64,000 nucleotides of DNA from Phoronis australis (lineage: Eukaryota; Animalia; Phoronida), in contig NMRA01000072.1 of NCBI GenBank assembly GCA_002633005.1, forward strand, positions 919,957 to 983,956, given 5' to 3'. Positions 1 to 13,900 of the stretch are shown one piece after another. The number at the start of each line of letters is the position of its first letter. Position 1 is the first letter of the stretch. Position numbers and translations under genes: made by a program. Under the pieces are notes generated by a model, which worked only from the letters and a program-made list of their open reading frames with translations, was not told the DNA's origin and did not search any database.

Positions 1-471
1 CCAATCAACTTTGTTTGGAAATACCAATCTTTTAAAGTTTATTCTTACTCCAGTACACCAGGATCCCACTTTATCGCAGCTCATAACCCAGTCACAGATT
101 ACGGTTGCTAATATATTATAACTAACGCGATGCTGCATTTTTTATGACAGCAAAATATTGAAACTAACATTAAGCTGATAATTTTTCATATTCGGACTTA
201 ATGACCAACTTCACTATACAGGTTAATAAATTGTGTGCAAATAAAAAAAGCAAAGTTGCGACCGCTCTAGTTAAGACTGAATACAACGAAACCCAAGTAC
301 TTTGTGGTACAAACAGGCCTCAGTACGTGTTAGGACTTGACGCATGTTTGTGAATTAAGGTCCCCCGAGAGTAAAGTAAAACTTTGAAAGACAAGAAAAA
401 AAATAAGCAGCATGTTGGCCAAAATTTCAACAGTGTAGCATGGCTGTGAACGTTAGAAAAAGTTGTACATA

Positions 472-1137
472 GTCCAGTTCACTCGAGAAAAAGCTTTGCG
501 GAAAAAAATGTGCAATTCCATTCCACAAAAAATTTCCGCAATCCGCGAGCGTTTATGCGGCTCATATCAATTCCGCAATTTCTTTCAACTGAAAATACCA
601 ACGGAAGGAAAACAATACGCCGCCGATACAGATGCAGATATTTACAAGGTCTCGTGACTCGTCAACTGATTGAACAGAACTGAATTTTGCCTAGTTACCT
701 CACGTTCGTTCCTGATTCTAATAAAAGCCGGTCCATCATTCAGCTGGCCATCCACTACGGCTTCCCGCCACAAGCCGATGAGTAACTCAGTCTTTGCGTC
801 AGACCACATTTTTAGATAAACCAAATTTTTATTGCGAGACATCAGAAATTTGGAGACTTTTTTAGAAATACAGCTGTAATTCTAGTAACATACGCATTAC
901 GAATAAACGTGTCGTCAATCTTCCAGTTTGTATAGAGTATGCGACGAGTAATTAATCATCAAGCTTCTGTAAACAAATGTCACAGCATCTAGATCGAGTT
1001 CCACAATGAATTCCGCAAAATTTCGGTGAAATTGAGAATGCGGTATTTTCACGTTCGCGCAATCATTTTTTCCGCAATCTCGATTCCGCAAAATATTGCC
1101 CAAAATTTTACACAAAAAAGAGTGTCATGAACAGGCC
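472..1137. mobile_element. Non-autonomous PIF/Harbinger-like element
   Basis: Left end GTCCAGTTCAC resembles the reverse complement of the right end (GGCCTGTTCAT). Flanks are ATA/TTA (imperfect TWA-type 3-bp TSD). Many subterminal TTCCGCA(A) motifs and an internal Myb/SANT-like relic. Confidence 0.65.
642..842 (-). pseudogene. Myb/SANT-like (trihelix) DNA-binding protein fragment, as in Harbinger ORF2
   Basis: WSDAKTELLIGLWRE fits the W-x3-ET-x2-LI-x-LW-x-E start of Myb/SANT-like domains. It is truncated and lies inside the TIR element. Confidence 0.55.
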
Positions 1138-2793
1138 TTATGCCATTTCATTTCTCTACATAGTGCGGGTGTTGTGTTGTAAGTGGATGAGTACTTGGCA
1201 CACTGGTGAACATTAACAGACTGATAATAAGCTAGTCTTGATGTTACAATTATGACAAAAGAAATATAAGCACTCTAGCATGTCTTGAAGGCACTATAAG
1301 TTTATTACATGTTATGAATACAATTTATGTGGCTGGAATAATCTGCAGGCTTGATAACCATCAGGTCTCCATTAGGCAGCCCCATCCCAGAATATAAACT
1401 ACATGACTAACATAAAAGGCAGGCAATTTTCTTGTGTAAAGATATGGGAACTTTTCAAATAGTATATGATAAATACATTCATTATGGCTGCCTCTGATTA
1501 TGTAAAATGAAAAGACTCAAACTCCAAACTTCTATGTGGTGGAATTTGCTAAATACAAACATCTCATAGAAATTTCAATAGAGAATCACCCACCTTTGTT
1601 GAAGGTGATCATGCATTTAGCAAGAAATGTTTGGTTATTACAAGCCAGGTATGAAATAAAACTTGTGTGAGCCATTCAATTCTACAACCAGCATGAAATG
1701 AATTTTCTCAATTCATAAGTTCTTTGAAGGTCAGTGTAACGAGATTGCATTATGTATGAAATCTAAACTTATCAAGTCAATTTGAATTAGATTAAAGAAA
1801 GTGAATATGAAATGGGACCAGGCACACAGTTTAAATACATCAAGGCAAATGGGATCTTATTATAGCTGCCTGTCATAAAAGAGCATAAGTAAAGGTGATG
1901 TTCCAAGGTCAGAAACGAATGACTGCCCAAACAGAATAGCCCTCACATATGTTATGCAACACAAATGCTTGTGTAAATATGGCCATCCCTTGGTTCAGCT
2001 ACATTTACAAAACTGGGGACCAAGCAGCCCAAAAATGAACACCTGAGATGGATGAAAGTTGTATTAAGAGACTGCAGTTGATCATTTTTGCCACTGACAC
2101 ATCAAAGAATTTCAAAAACCTCTGATGTAGTGAAATAAAAAAATAATTGAAAAAACAGCGTCATTTGCTTGAATGAAAATTTGATTCAACAACATCAAGA
2201 TTTATAAAACTTGGGTCCAGACATCAGGATGTTAACCGCCTAACACAGACTCGATTCAGACTCAAGACTAGTAGAAATTAAACCAATCACGCAGCATGAT
2301 TCGAGTAGAAATTTGTAAGTTTACTAGAGGCGTTAGTCAATTTTCCAGTCAGGATTCGAGTATAGAGATTAGGCTACGAGAATTGGTAAAAAGAATGACA
2401 TCATTTCATCAAAATATGGCTGTAAAAACTCCATTTATGCACAACAAAGGCTTCGTTAATTACCCACCAAATTTCAACCAGACATCAGAAATTTCATACA
2501 CAAGTCTGCACATGTTCTTTCCCCTTGACACAAGATATGACTTTTGGTGGTTTTTAATCCAAATGCAAAATGTCCATCAAGTCACATGACTCAATCCAGT
2601 CACGTGATCAAATTACAATGCATATCCTTTGTGAAGAAACCAACGAAAAATATTGTAAATAAAGTTAGCCGATTAACAGCAACCAACATAAAGATTAATA
2701 TCTCTATCTTACAAAAGACATTTCAATCAATGGCTTCTATAACATGTATTTAATTTTCAGCAGTCACTCCTGAAATGATGCTTCAATTTTTAA

Positions 2794-3147
2794 AGCTGTA
2801 AATCGCTATGTTTAGCTGAATTAAAAATGAATTAGGCCTTGAAGTCGCATAAAAACAAGACATGAGTCGATTTCCGTTACCAACCAGAACATTGAAACCA
2901 TCAGAGTCTCTAGAAAACCGTTCAGAGTTTATTGGGGTTGGCCAACTCTAAAATTGAGAATTTGTAAATGGCACAAGTTTGTAAATGGCACCTGTGCGCA
3001 TTGCATGTACGCACTGCCCGTGACTCGGGTTGGTAACGAAACTAGAATCTATCACAGGTAAGTAATATTATAAGACCTATTTTATGAGACTAAGAATGCC
3101 AATTCCTTTATTGTTCTTTAGCCAGCTAAAGGCAGCAAAGCGCAGCT
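2794..3147. mobile_element. TTAA-flanked fold-back MITE (Kolobok-like)
   Basis: TTAA|AGCTG...CAGCT|TTAA termini with imperfect long inverted arms. Related partial copies at approx. 17077-17345 and 25853-26040 share the GAACATTGAAACCATCAG...TTTATTGGGGTT(G/C)GCCAAC or ATTTCCGTTA segments. Confidence 0.65.
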
Positions 3148-5592
3148 TTAACAAAGAGAAGGTTCGTTCTAATAATATCGAGGAACGAAGAATGTAAATT
3201 ATGAGAAGAGCACAATTAAAATGTCTCCGCTTGATGTAATTTGTGGAGGGAGAAAATACATATTTCTGATTGACTATGCAGTATGCCAGTTAGAAAAAAT
3301 CAATCAGGTCAACGTGTGTTGATAGAAATGAAACAATAGTACGTGTCTGTGCAAACAAGTCTCTGGAAGTTAACCCAAGCATGTGATGTATGGACGAGAT
3401 ATCATATTTAATAATTCAGAGCAGAGAGGCTAGTGAATAATTCACTGGCTAGACTTCCTGTCAATGGTTTACCTTTTTACCAAAAGTGTGTCGATGGTGG
3501 AACATGCTGATTTATAAGTCTGTTTTCAATTAATATTTGAATAGGGAAAGAAGAAAGTTTTTAGTTCAGAGCTAATGAATAAGGAGTATGGAGAATATGG
3601 AGTATGGCAACCATAGCAATCATCAGAGTTTCTACATCATAAACATGAATAAAAAAACATCACTATAGATAAGTTTGTTGTACCCTTAAGAAAATTACCG
3701 GTAAATCAATAGACAGACCTGCCATACTGCTGGTATCACAGGTTTCAGTTTGACAAGACAGAGAGCATTGGTGGACCAACCGATTTCTTTCTACATACAT
3801 GTATACATTCACAAAATTGAACCTGGTTCCCATAAGTACAATTGGATTTTGTTTCTAATGGTTGACATGAGTTGTAAACATTCACAATGCAAACATAAAA
3901 ATATGCTCACAAACAGTGTAGCTAGATATAAAAATTTATCTCCTAAAACTGGGTTAAGAGCTTAGATACAAAACTTTCAATGCATATTAACAGCAAGTTA
4001 ATGTGAGGAAAACCATAGCAAGGTTTGTTATTTTAGCTAACAGTTGAGGTCATGAGTTATGATTTATTAATGCCTACGGCAGATATCATTTTTGATACGA
4101 TTCTATTGCGCATGATTTATTATGCCATTTGCATGGTGAAAAACTATCAGCGCAGCTATAAAAACTATACAGATTACAGTTTATCGTTGGCAAATAGTAT
4201 TAAGTTAAGTCTGCCTTCTCTGAAGCTGGACCATAAAACACATGAGAAATGATATTAATACAGGCCATATAACTTTTGGAAAGGTTTTTGATGGCTTCAT
4301 GAGATTAGAGGATAACTACATATCTTCCATAAAACCAAATGCTCACTTTTGAAATTTACGCATAAAGGGTATGCCAATAATTTTTCCATTGAAAAAACAT
4401 ATACATGTACCTTTGGTCACGAAGCAGAAGACAGGGCTAATTTAAAAGGCCACAAAATTAATTTTTTCTGAAAAATCATTAAAACCCCAACTAGTTTTTA
4501 TCCACAACTACACTGGTGATCCTGAAATATTGTTCTGTCAAATGAATGTTATGTGAAATATATTGCACTTAATTTAATAATTCAAAAGTTAAAAGTGTTC
4601 CACATCACTAGAATTGGTCCTCTTAAAATTATGTCCTAACTCATGTATACCAAAAGGAATTAGCACAGAGAGCACCTGTAGGGAGTCTTTACAAGTGCCA
4701 TTTTAGGTAATAAAGGTACAATGAAGTCCACCTGAGATTCAATGGGACCTCCACTGATCGCCCATGCTAATCCTCTGGCAAAAGTCAACAGTCAGAACAC
4801 CCGATCTATCCCCCTATTTACGGCCCAAAACTATTCTAGTACTGGTTCATTTTTCTGTCTGAAGCTACCCAGATAAGTCGAGTGGAGGGTTAATAAAATC
4901 GGAGCCCACCTATTGAAACAAATTGGGTCCAATTTGTCAAGATAGGCCGTTTATCTACGTGCCCTCTTTTTAATCGATACCAAAGCCAGAAATTTGTCTG
5001 GCAGAACGCGAATAAAAGTAGAGAAAACTGACGTGGGAGAGCATGAAAATTTTAGTTTGGTAAATCGTTTCAACAGACTTAACATATTTCGTGTGAATTA
5101 TTAACGCCGGAATTCCACCGACGTGATTTCACATCGTTCCGTTTCATTTACTGCGTATAAACAAAGTAACTTGTTCGCGGTCGATTACAAGTTGCGACTA
5201 TGCTAGTCAATAATGACATAACTCGTTCACAANTGAGGAAATTGTTCAAAACTTATCATTCATACGTTAAACTAAGAGAAAATAATACGTTAGCTCCAGA
5301 TGAAGATACTTGAAAATCGAGTGTCTCAGGAGTCGAATTGTCGCGATTCATTGAGAATGGCTCCATAATGACATAACTCGTTCACAAACAACGAAGCCAA
5401 GGCAAGAGGCTACAGCCAAGTTCCAAGAAGTTTCGCGATCGAAATCTAACACACAAGCGGAGCCCCCGAAAGTGGTCAAAACTAACAATTGAACAATATC
5501 TGTGTCATTGGAAAGCAAGAGTGTCACTCAAAAGTTTTTTGAGTTCTCGCTGCGACCAAAAAGTTTCAGGACATTGAGACGAAGCAACTCAC

Positions 5593-5665
5593 CGCGTTCC
5601 AATTCTAAGGCTAAATCTTCTTCTGGTATAAGGTGCAGAGGCGTCTTCTGCTTTCGGCGGGACAT
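5593..5665 (-). CDS. Sall: First coding exon of an MSRRKQ (NuRD-interaction motif) zinc-finger transcription factor, probably spalt-like/Sall; the rest of the gene lies left of the window
   Basis: ATG at 5665 gives MSRRKQKTPLHLIPEEDLALELER+G, ending at a strong phase-1 donor CGCG|GTGAGT. Size and phase resemble SALL first exons. It lies downstream of ZFP64 on the same strand, as SALL4 does in human. The motif is also found in BCL11, FOG and ZNF423/521, so the family call depends on synteny. Confidence 0.65.
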
Positions 5666-5767
5666 CGTCAACTCCGATAAAAAAAACCAGCTGATACGCG
5701 GCCGGTGTACAACCGCGTGTGCGAGTTGTGTTGGTATCACCTCAAATGAAATTGATTTACTGAAACA

Positions 5768-5810
5768 GTCCGCCCACTGCGCATGTCAGAAATATGATTA
5801 TCGATGAATA
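5768..5810 (-). promoter_or_regulatory. Proximal promoter of the Sall-like gene
   Basis: GC box CCGCCC (5770-5775) and NRF1-like TGCGCATG (5778-5785), about 110 bp upstream of the ATG in a CpG-rich segment. Confidence 0.45.
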
Positions 5811-7958
5811 AAACAGCTGATTATCATATGCGGTCCGTGTGCTCGCCTGTTGATTGACTCGACAATCGGATGGCTCGTTTACTTATTGAAAACTTTCACT
5901 GACAAATGTAATCTAAAATTTCGTAATAGGCAACACGTTTCTGTCAGAATGGACGCTGGTTGAATTAATTCTGCAAATATGAAATGCATGCTGAACAGAG
6001 TATTCTAAACGAATTCTTGTGCTCCAGGCAGTGAAGAAGAAATGATTAAAAAGAAGACCAATCTCGTAAAAATGATTGACACGGCCTGAGAAAGCAGAAG
6101 AAACGCGAAATTCAAGAATGGGAAACCCCTGGACTGACCACAAACACCTATTCAGAGTAAAGACGCCGGGATTATCTTGCGTTATTGTTACTGTTTGACT
6201 GTGATTGAAAGTTGCGCATAAATTGTGTATTTTCGCATAATACTCGGATGAAAGTAAGTTATGGAATTTTCAGTTTACACAAGCATCGTGTCAAGAGTTT
6301 TGAAGTGTAGTGGATTAAGGCACACGCGTTATTGTCGACGCGCGTAACACTCTTAACACCTGACGGTACACTAAACGTTGATTGGGCCTATGTACCTTTA
6401 TCCCAGACCAAAGTTCACGGGGTGAACAATTTATATTCTGACCATTGGCAATATATTCCGAATGGGTTTTCATCAAACACGAAAGTATGTCAGAAGTAAA
6501 AAATTAGACGACGTTTCTTAATTAATTAGCAGTTGTCTCCAGGTGCCATGAAAGTTCAGTCGCTTTAACTCAGTCGGTACTGACACAAGACCGCTGGATG
6601 TTAGCGACTTTTTGTAAGAAATTATTGCTCTAAACCACTGAGCAATGTATCCCATTAAACGGAAATATGCTTCGATATATGTTTAGTCTGCCTTTCATGC
6701 ATCGTGGGGATTTATGAAATTTTATCTCTAATTGACAACTTTCTTTGTTGGCAGCTCAAGCGATTCACATTTCAGACGAGACAATTTTACCCTCATTTAT
6801 TTCAAGTTGAGCGAATTCATATCCAGTAATTCAATATTTTGCGGTCTCGGCATGTCTGTTTACTTTGCATGCACCGAGTAGTAACACAAACAACCTCTAA
6901 ACTGCCCCTTTGATAAGTAACGTGTTTGGAATTAAACTTCGCATTTTGAAACCCAATTTCGTTGTGATCTCGGCGTTCGAAGCCGCGTTGAATCACATCA
7001 ATTCTTTCTATGTGATGGCACACGAGCCCACATGTCGTCGGGTGCCTTCTCGCACTAAGACACCGACATTTTTACTTGGTGATCACCGGGTTATATGTTA
7101 ACCGTTGGAATAGATTTTGATCGACTGTTCCTCAAAAGCGTGATGTATGTAGGACGCTTGTAACAACATCATGATTGTGACTCTGCTGAGAGGTGACACT
7201 GACGAAAGGCAGTCGGGACATGCGTGTGCAGGTACCATGGGCGGACCTAGGGGGCCGGGTGATAGTCCTGCGTTACCTATTGCTTTTAGTAGAGATATAT
7301 AGATGTAAGATTCGACGAAGAATCAAACACATTCTATGTTGAACCACTTCTCAGAATCCCCTGTAAAATCTTCGATTCCGGCCGCCAGTTATGTCACTTG
7401 GAATAACAATTAGTGCATCGTGCCAAAATGCAAGTTTCCGCGGTCAACTATAAAGTTTTAACCTCTGTTCTGGCAGTTTACACTATTACCAAGGAAAAGG
7501 TTGTTGTGTCCGCAGATCAGTTTCCGATATTGTAGTTCGTGATCTAGCATATAATGGAGTCAACATTCCATTTTATGTGGGACGAAATAATTCAACGTCA
7601 TAGCTTTATTTACTCCAAATAGAATGACAACTTTTTAAAGCATAATCACATCAAAAATGTTTTCGGTGACATTTCGTAAAGAGATCTTGACACGACAGGT
7701 TTAATGTAATGAACGTTTGACTTTTAAGTTGTGACACGAAATTCAAAATCGTATGAATGATTATTTTTATAATCTTAATTAATAGACCCGAAGAATCGAA
7801 TTAACCTTCAATTAACGTTCCAACGATATGACTTCTAATCTTTGCTTGCTTATATGGTCATCAAGCAAATGTGGTAAATGAATATTTCTTTAGAGAAATG
7901 ACCACTGGGAAATTTTACATCTGACCCAGAACAGATCGCTTTGGTTTAAATTACGATA

Positions 7959-8420
7959 CCTGGGGTGCATTCCGTAGACGCAAGACTCTTTCGCAAGACC
8001 ACAAAAAATTACGCCAGTGACAGGCGAGTGACGTTTTTGCGAGGCCTCACTTTCGTACACTGCCAGCAAAACGATGGCCACTAAAGTGATTGGTCAACGA
8101 GGCTGGAGTCGGTGAAATTATGCGATGTAATTCAGTTTCCGTTCCATAAACAAAAGTTTCTTGCCGCTGGTCCCCGAGGGGTGCGTTTCATACACCCAAG
8201 ACACTCGCGAAACCTATGGAATGGAAACAGTGAATTCTACCCCATAATTCAACATTTCAACCTCACCGACCAATCATTTCAGTGATAAGCTATTTTGCAC
8301 GCCAGGAAGCTCCCCAAGCATACCCACGAAACTCTATCCTTTCACGCGCGTAATTTGCGTGGTATTCTCCGTGATCTTGCTTTTTCGAGAGTTTCTCACG
8401 TCTACGAAACTTACCCCTGG
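7959..8420. mobile_element. Fold-back MITE with TA target site
   Basis: TA|CCTGGGGTGCATTCCGTAGACG...CGTCTACGAAACTTACCCCTGG|TA. The imperfect inverted arms continue for about 190 bp (e.g. GTGATTGGTC/GACCAATCAT, TTTCCGTTCCATA/TATGGAATGGAAA). Confidence 0.7.
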
Positions 8421-9974
8421 TATCCCCTTGCGTTTAAGAAACTCAGCTCTGGCTTTCGATGTGACGTAACAAGATAGTGAATGTGAATTAATTAATGTTT
8501 GTGCTTTTAGGTCAGCAGTATTTGTTGCATAAACAAATGGGAGAAATTTGTTTCCGCGACAATTATTTACAAAAATGTACGCAAAACACACACATTTAAC
8601 ACGGTTGCATTATTTCATAAAATCCTGTTTACCAACCAACACTTAGTGACTGGGTTGCGGTATGGTTGTGCAAATATTGTCAAGTTCATCCTCACAATAG
8701 CATTGTTTGGTCACTACAAAATTGATAATGTGAATTTAGGCGGACGGTTAGTACGCGGCTTAGTTATTTATATTGGAGACTTGACGCCATTACTGTCTCC
8801 TCAGTTTAAATATCTTTGACAGATATTATAGCGAAATGAATTCTTTATGGTTTTTATCCGTCCGCGCCACAACAGCTGTCGAACATATTACAAAGATTCT
8901 TTTGAAATTCTTTTAATACACTTTCTTTGAACTAGGAAATTTGACCAGCGTGTAGCTATTTGTTTAAATGGCTTTATTAAAATGTAATATTATACATTCA
9001 TTTTCCATAAATATTTACTAAAATTAAGCACAAAGTAAAAAGCTTGCGAGACCCCGAGGCACCAGGGAGAAACATGATCGCACAGTATAAGTGGCGCGAC
9101 GCGTCCACGGATACACTGACATTTATTTTTACAACGATACATCACATTTGTTTATATTTATTTTAAAGATCAGTAAATATGATTCATTACTTTTTGTCTT
9201 TTGTGGTGGTCTGAATTCATGTGGCGCGCACATGTTTTAGTGACGACGGATGCTCCCATCAAAAGTAGTTTATGTGTCGCATAACTTGGTTACGTCACAG
9301 AAATTTATCATCTTTTCAGCATCAATGTTCTGATGAGAGGGCATAAACGTCGCCCACTTTGGTGTGCAAGTGGTAGAAAGAAAAATGCAGAAAAGGTGAT
9401 TATGAAAGGCTAAGCATCAAGGTTTCATTTTTGAACCAAATGCATATGTCTGTATTATCGCTTTACGTAAGACATGTGACTATTGTTTGTTTTCGCGGAG
9501 GCGATTGGACGTTCGCCGTGCGGAGATTCTTAATCGTATGGCACCGTGGTATTGATTCGCCGATTATTGGATTATTACTGAATGTTTTTAAGTGTCAATA
9601 TCCAAAGAAAATCACTCCATAGTGGCATTAGACTTTTTACCGTCTTTACAGACTTGGTAACTTGACCGGTGTGGTGACGAATTGCTATGATGTTTCAACG
9701 TGCTAACCTTTAAGACAATTTTGTATAAGTTTTTTATCGTTGTAGTTGCGACTAAAACGGAAGGTTGTAAACAACAATGACGGATATGCCTAGATGATGG
9801 ATAATCCTAGAAATTCGGCATTTCCCACGTGATTTTTTTGTATCTCTCTCACCACATAAACGAATGTCTTCCAGATTTCACTTTCCGTTTATCATAGAAC
9901 TCTTAGCCATGGGCTAGGGTTCTATGTACATATGCACGCGTTTCACTCAACTCACTTACAAATATTAGATCAGG

Positions 9975-10028
9975 GTATGTGAGCGTATGTAAGTATTTAT
10001 GCATGTATGTATGCATGTATGTATGTAT
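9975..10028. repeat. Imperfect (ATGT)n microsatellite
   Basis: gtatgt...gcatgtatgtatgcatgtatgtatgtat. Confidence 0.8.
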
Positions 10029-10689
10029 AGGAATGTCTAGCATGACGTCATTTGAACGTCATTATGACGTTTTGGACCCTGTATGACGGCATGTCTATTC
10101 TCATTTCCGGGTTCAAATTGCGTCATCTACTGCCATGACACGTCATCACTAGTCCTCCGAATTGGGGATGTGTTTGCGGTTGGCTTCGTGCAATCTAAAA
10201 TACTGTGATTTTTCTTCCAGTATTATCTTTCTAATTGGGAAACTTACTAACTTGTTCACTTTCGCATTTTGAAAAATAAACATAAAACACCGTACTAATT
10301 AGGCGTGTGTCAGGGCTGCGCATTTAGGCTACTAGTGATGTCGTTACGGAGCGGCATCAACACGTGGTATTAAAGGTAACACAAAAATATATTGCTCAGG
10401 TGACCAGTAGGTGCCCTACGGTTAGTAGAACCAGCCTTCATTGCTAAGATGCTTGACGTCAATCTTTCTACGAATCACGATTCGGGAAAAACTGAATCGG
10501 CTAGGAGTCGAGCCGTTCACCTGAGTGGGCTACGCTCAGGTTCGTTTGGTCGTTGCGTTGCTTAATAACCGTTGTCAATTCCTTCCGTCCATTCATCCAT
10601 TTTGATTTTTATTGCGACGTGTCGGACCTCCGATGCACGCGATTGGACGAAAACGTACCTATAAACCAGCATGCCTTGACAAAAAACAA

Positions 10690-10960
10690 TTGTTTTTATT
10701 AAGAACGCTTTGTCGTGATGAAATTGGCATCAAATTGTTGCTTAGTCCAACTGGAGGGGATTTCAGAGCTTTGAAAGAACTGACAGTTTGTTATGCTTGA
10801 GATCAGGCTCTACAAGCTTGTCACGGCGTGTCATTTTATGCGCCGAAAACAGTGTTCAGGAATGATGACTGTCAGTTCTTTTGAAGTCCAGAAATCACTT
10901 CTCACTTGAGTAAGGAACATGTTGAAACCAATTCCATGACAGTAAGTGATCTTAATTGAA
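10690..10960. mobile_element. Palindromic MITE family member (copies at approx. 24945-25170, 25260-25525, 30430-30605, 59520-59784)
   Basis: Shared core GATTTCAGAGCTT(T/C)GAA-GAACTG...TTGTCACGGCGTGT-ATTT...GGTCTCAAG-AATAACGA with internally inverted arms. Some copies end in ...CTTTAA (TTAA-type). Confidence 0.65.
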
Positions 10961-13900
10961 TGTTCGCTTCTTGGACGGATCTTGGGTTTATAGCAATTCC
11001 CAAGACCACTCGCCTACGCCTCGAAAGTGTAGCTTAGGCACATGTGACCACACTTCATCAAAAATCATTGCTTAAAAACGCATTATTTCGGATGTAGGCG
11101 CATCTCAGCTTATTTACGCGCATGTGCTATGCCCGCTCACTTCAGGACACACTTGGCATCCGATCATGACCTCACTTAGTGAAACAGTGAGAAATGTTCA
11201 ATTGAATGTAATCGTTCATTATTGATATTAATATTAGCCACGTCACGTTGTACACTAAAATCAATCTACTGAGACAATAAGACCTTCGACTATTTATAAA
11301 AAGTCGCGCTCGACAATGCCCACTTGTCGAGGTCTTGTCAAGGGCTTGCAATAATCATGCGCCAACAGCCACAGAATGAATAAAACGGACAACACCTTTC
11401 GTGTTTCCTTGCAGGCACGCCTGAAGCTATGAGATCACTGACCCAATTTTGAAAAATCTCTTGGCTTTCTTGTTATTTGACTAAAAGGGTTTTCTTTACG
11501 TTATGTGATGTATGATAGGATTCTCTGTGTAAACGAGCGGAACATTGCTTAGCAGTGTCAGTGCTTTTTTCAACATATTTGAACTTCTGAAGTTGTAAAA
11601 TTTTCCCTCCTGCACGTAAGTGACACAAGGGAATACGGAATCACACAAATCTCAGATAAACTTTACTTTGTCACTGACGATGGGTAAAAATTATTGACGA
11701 AACGTTAACTTATCTTGATCTCACCGCCATTTCCATTCATAGTCTGACCAAAACCGGATGTGCGTAAACAGTTAATTCTTATTTAGCTAAATTCTTTAAA
11801 AATATATTGTCACGTAAATTCCAGACTTGTGACGTGAAAGTATACTATTTCACTGGGTAATAGAAGCAGTAACAGTGAAACTATAACTGCCTACCGATCG
11901 GCAGTCTCACTTTTTGTCAGAGATGGCGGCACGCACACATACACGCAAGAAAGATACAATTATTGTGCATTATTCAATCGCTGAAAAGCTTTATGCTATT
12001 GAGTTCATTTCCGGCGTGCGCCAGTCCGGCGTTCGATGTCCCTGGGCACCGTGACCTCATGTCATGCAGCCTCGTTCCGACCTCCAGTTGTCTTCGTGTT
12101 AGCCGAAAATACAGTCCCCGACTGTACTGATTGAAAAGTCACGTGAGTTGACTAGCCTGATGAGTGTAGATACTTTTGCATTTAAAAATGAATGCTGAGA
12201 ATATTTAATTTGTTTTTACTCTGTACATAATGAATTATTTTAAGTATAAACAACATAAAACAGTTTCCAGTCTGTAGAATAAGGTTTGTACTAACACACT
12301 TACTACGATCTAACAACACCGCAGTATACACCGGAAGTGAGTTTAAAAGGTGTTGCCGTTACCGAGCGGACATCAAAATGAAATGTTAAAAAGTATAAGA
12401 CAGTTATTGTGACGAGGGAACCAATCTGCGCCCTTCTTGAGAGGGACAGTCTTCGTTGCTAAGTTATTTGACGTCATGTTTTACGACCAATTATGAGCCA
12501 GAAATGACCGGAGCCTCATAGTCTCGGCGTATGTACTAGCCTACTTCCACCTCGTGCTGAAAGAAAAGAAATATCTATTGAGAGGCAGGGAGAGGTTATT
12601 GATTCATATTGGCTTATATCAATATAGGATTGAAAATTGGCTATATTTCTGCGAGACACTAATTATGAATTCATGAATTATTGAAAGGCAGGATTGTATA
12701 ATATTTATTCACTTTAGATTACCAGACAAGAAATCCAAAATTTCACACATATTCGATTTGCCGTTTATTGCGAAATCGTTCAGCCATCATCACAAAGGAA
12801 CTGATCAGTGGCGGATTTAGGAGTCGAGATGGAGCGTGATCTTGAAGTTTGTAGTCGCATAATTTCTAGCGAACAAAAGCATATTGTTATGATATGTTAT
12901 GATCGAGCATACAGAGGAATATTATACAAGTTCTCAGCATTCAAATCTGGGCTTTATTTAGCTTTAATGGGTTTTGCATAATCCAATGATGTATTTTGTG
13001 TATGTTACAGAGACTACTGAGAGCAAGCATCTTGAGATTTCACCCTTTTCTACAGTACTTTTTCCAGACATGTCATCAATGGTTAAAAAGCCAAAAGAAA
13101 TTTTTAAGTTCTTAGTTGTTCTGTCACCTGGAGTATCGTACTTATTGTAGTATGATTTCAAGCGTCTTGTTCTCTCCAATCCAGTTCATATTTATTACTA
13201 GTCAAGTGCCCCGACAGTCTGCTTCGTTCCCCCGGGCAGAAATTGAGTGTAAATAATATTACCGGTATCACCTAATAAGGTACTGCTCGATATTCATTGT
13301 TCATATATGAATCCTGTCAATATTCAGCGCAAATTGACATGAATGTTCGCATGCTACGGCCCTTGGATAATTACTTCAAACGGTCATGGCGTGGTATATC
13401 GATATATTTTTTACAATGAAGGAAAATTAATATTTATGCGCAGTGTAGCTGACAACTTAGTTATTCAGCACAGCAATGACTTACTTAAGCCTTTGATCCA
13501 TAAAAATATGACTGCATTTCTCTTTCATCTTGTGAGTTTCCACGAGTGACTAAATTTCATCGATTTTATGATTTCAACATATTATTCTTGGTCCGCGGAA
13601 ACAATGATGATATATGCGATATTCACACCAATTGACACAATTTTCTTTAGACGGAAAATAAAAAATAGTGATATGAATCTGATGTCAATTCAAAGGATTT
13701 TTGTTTTCTGTAAATGTGGACGTGTGCTTATGCATTTGCTTTGATGTGTCTTGCGGTTCAAGTTCAGACGAGTTAACCTTCTTGAAAACGTGAAAGGCGA
13801 GAAAGTAAATATCAGACTTATACTTTATAAATATCGCAGCCGCTGCCGCCAGATGCTGTATATTGGTCCATCGGTTAAATTTTAAAAACGTTTCGATATC

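Noticed and set aside
5502-5807. 101-aa plus-strand ORF
   Set aside because: Antisense shadow of the MSRRKQ exon and its promoter; GTG start; no recognisable domain.
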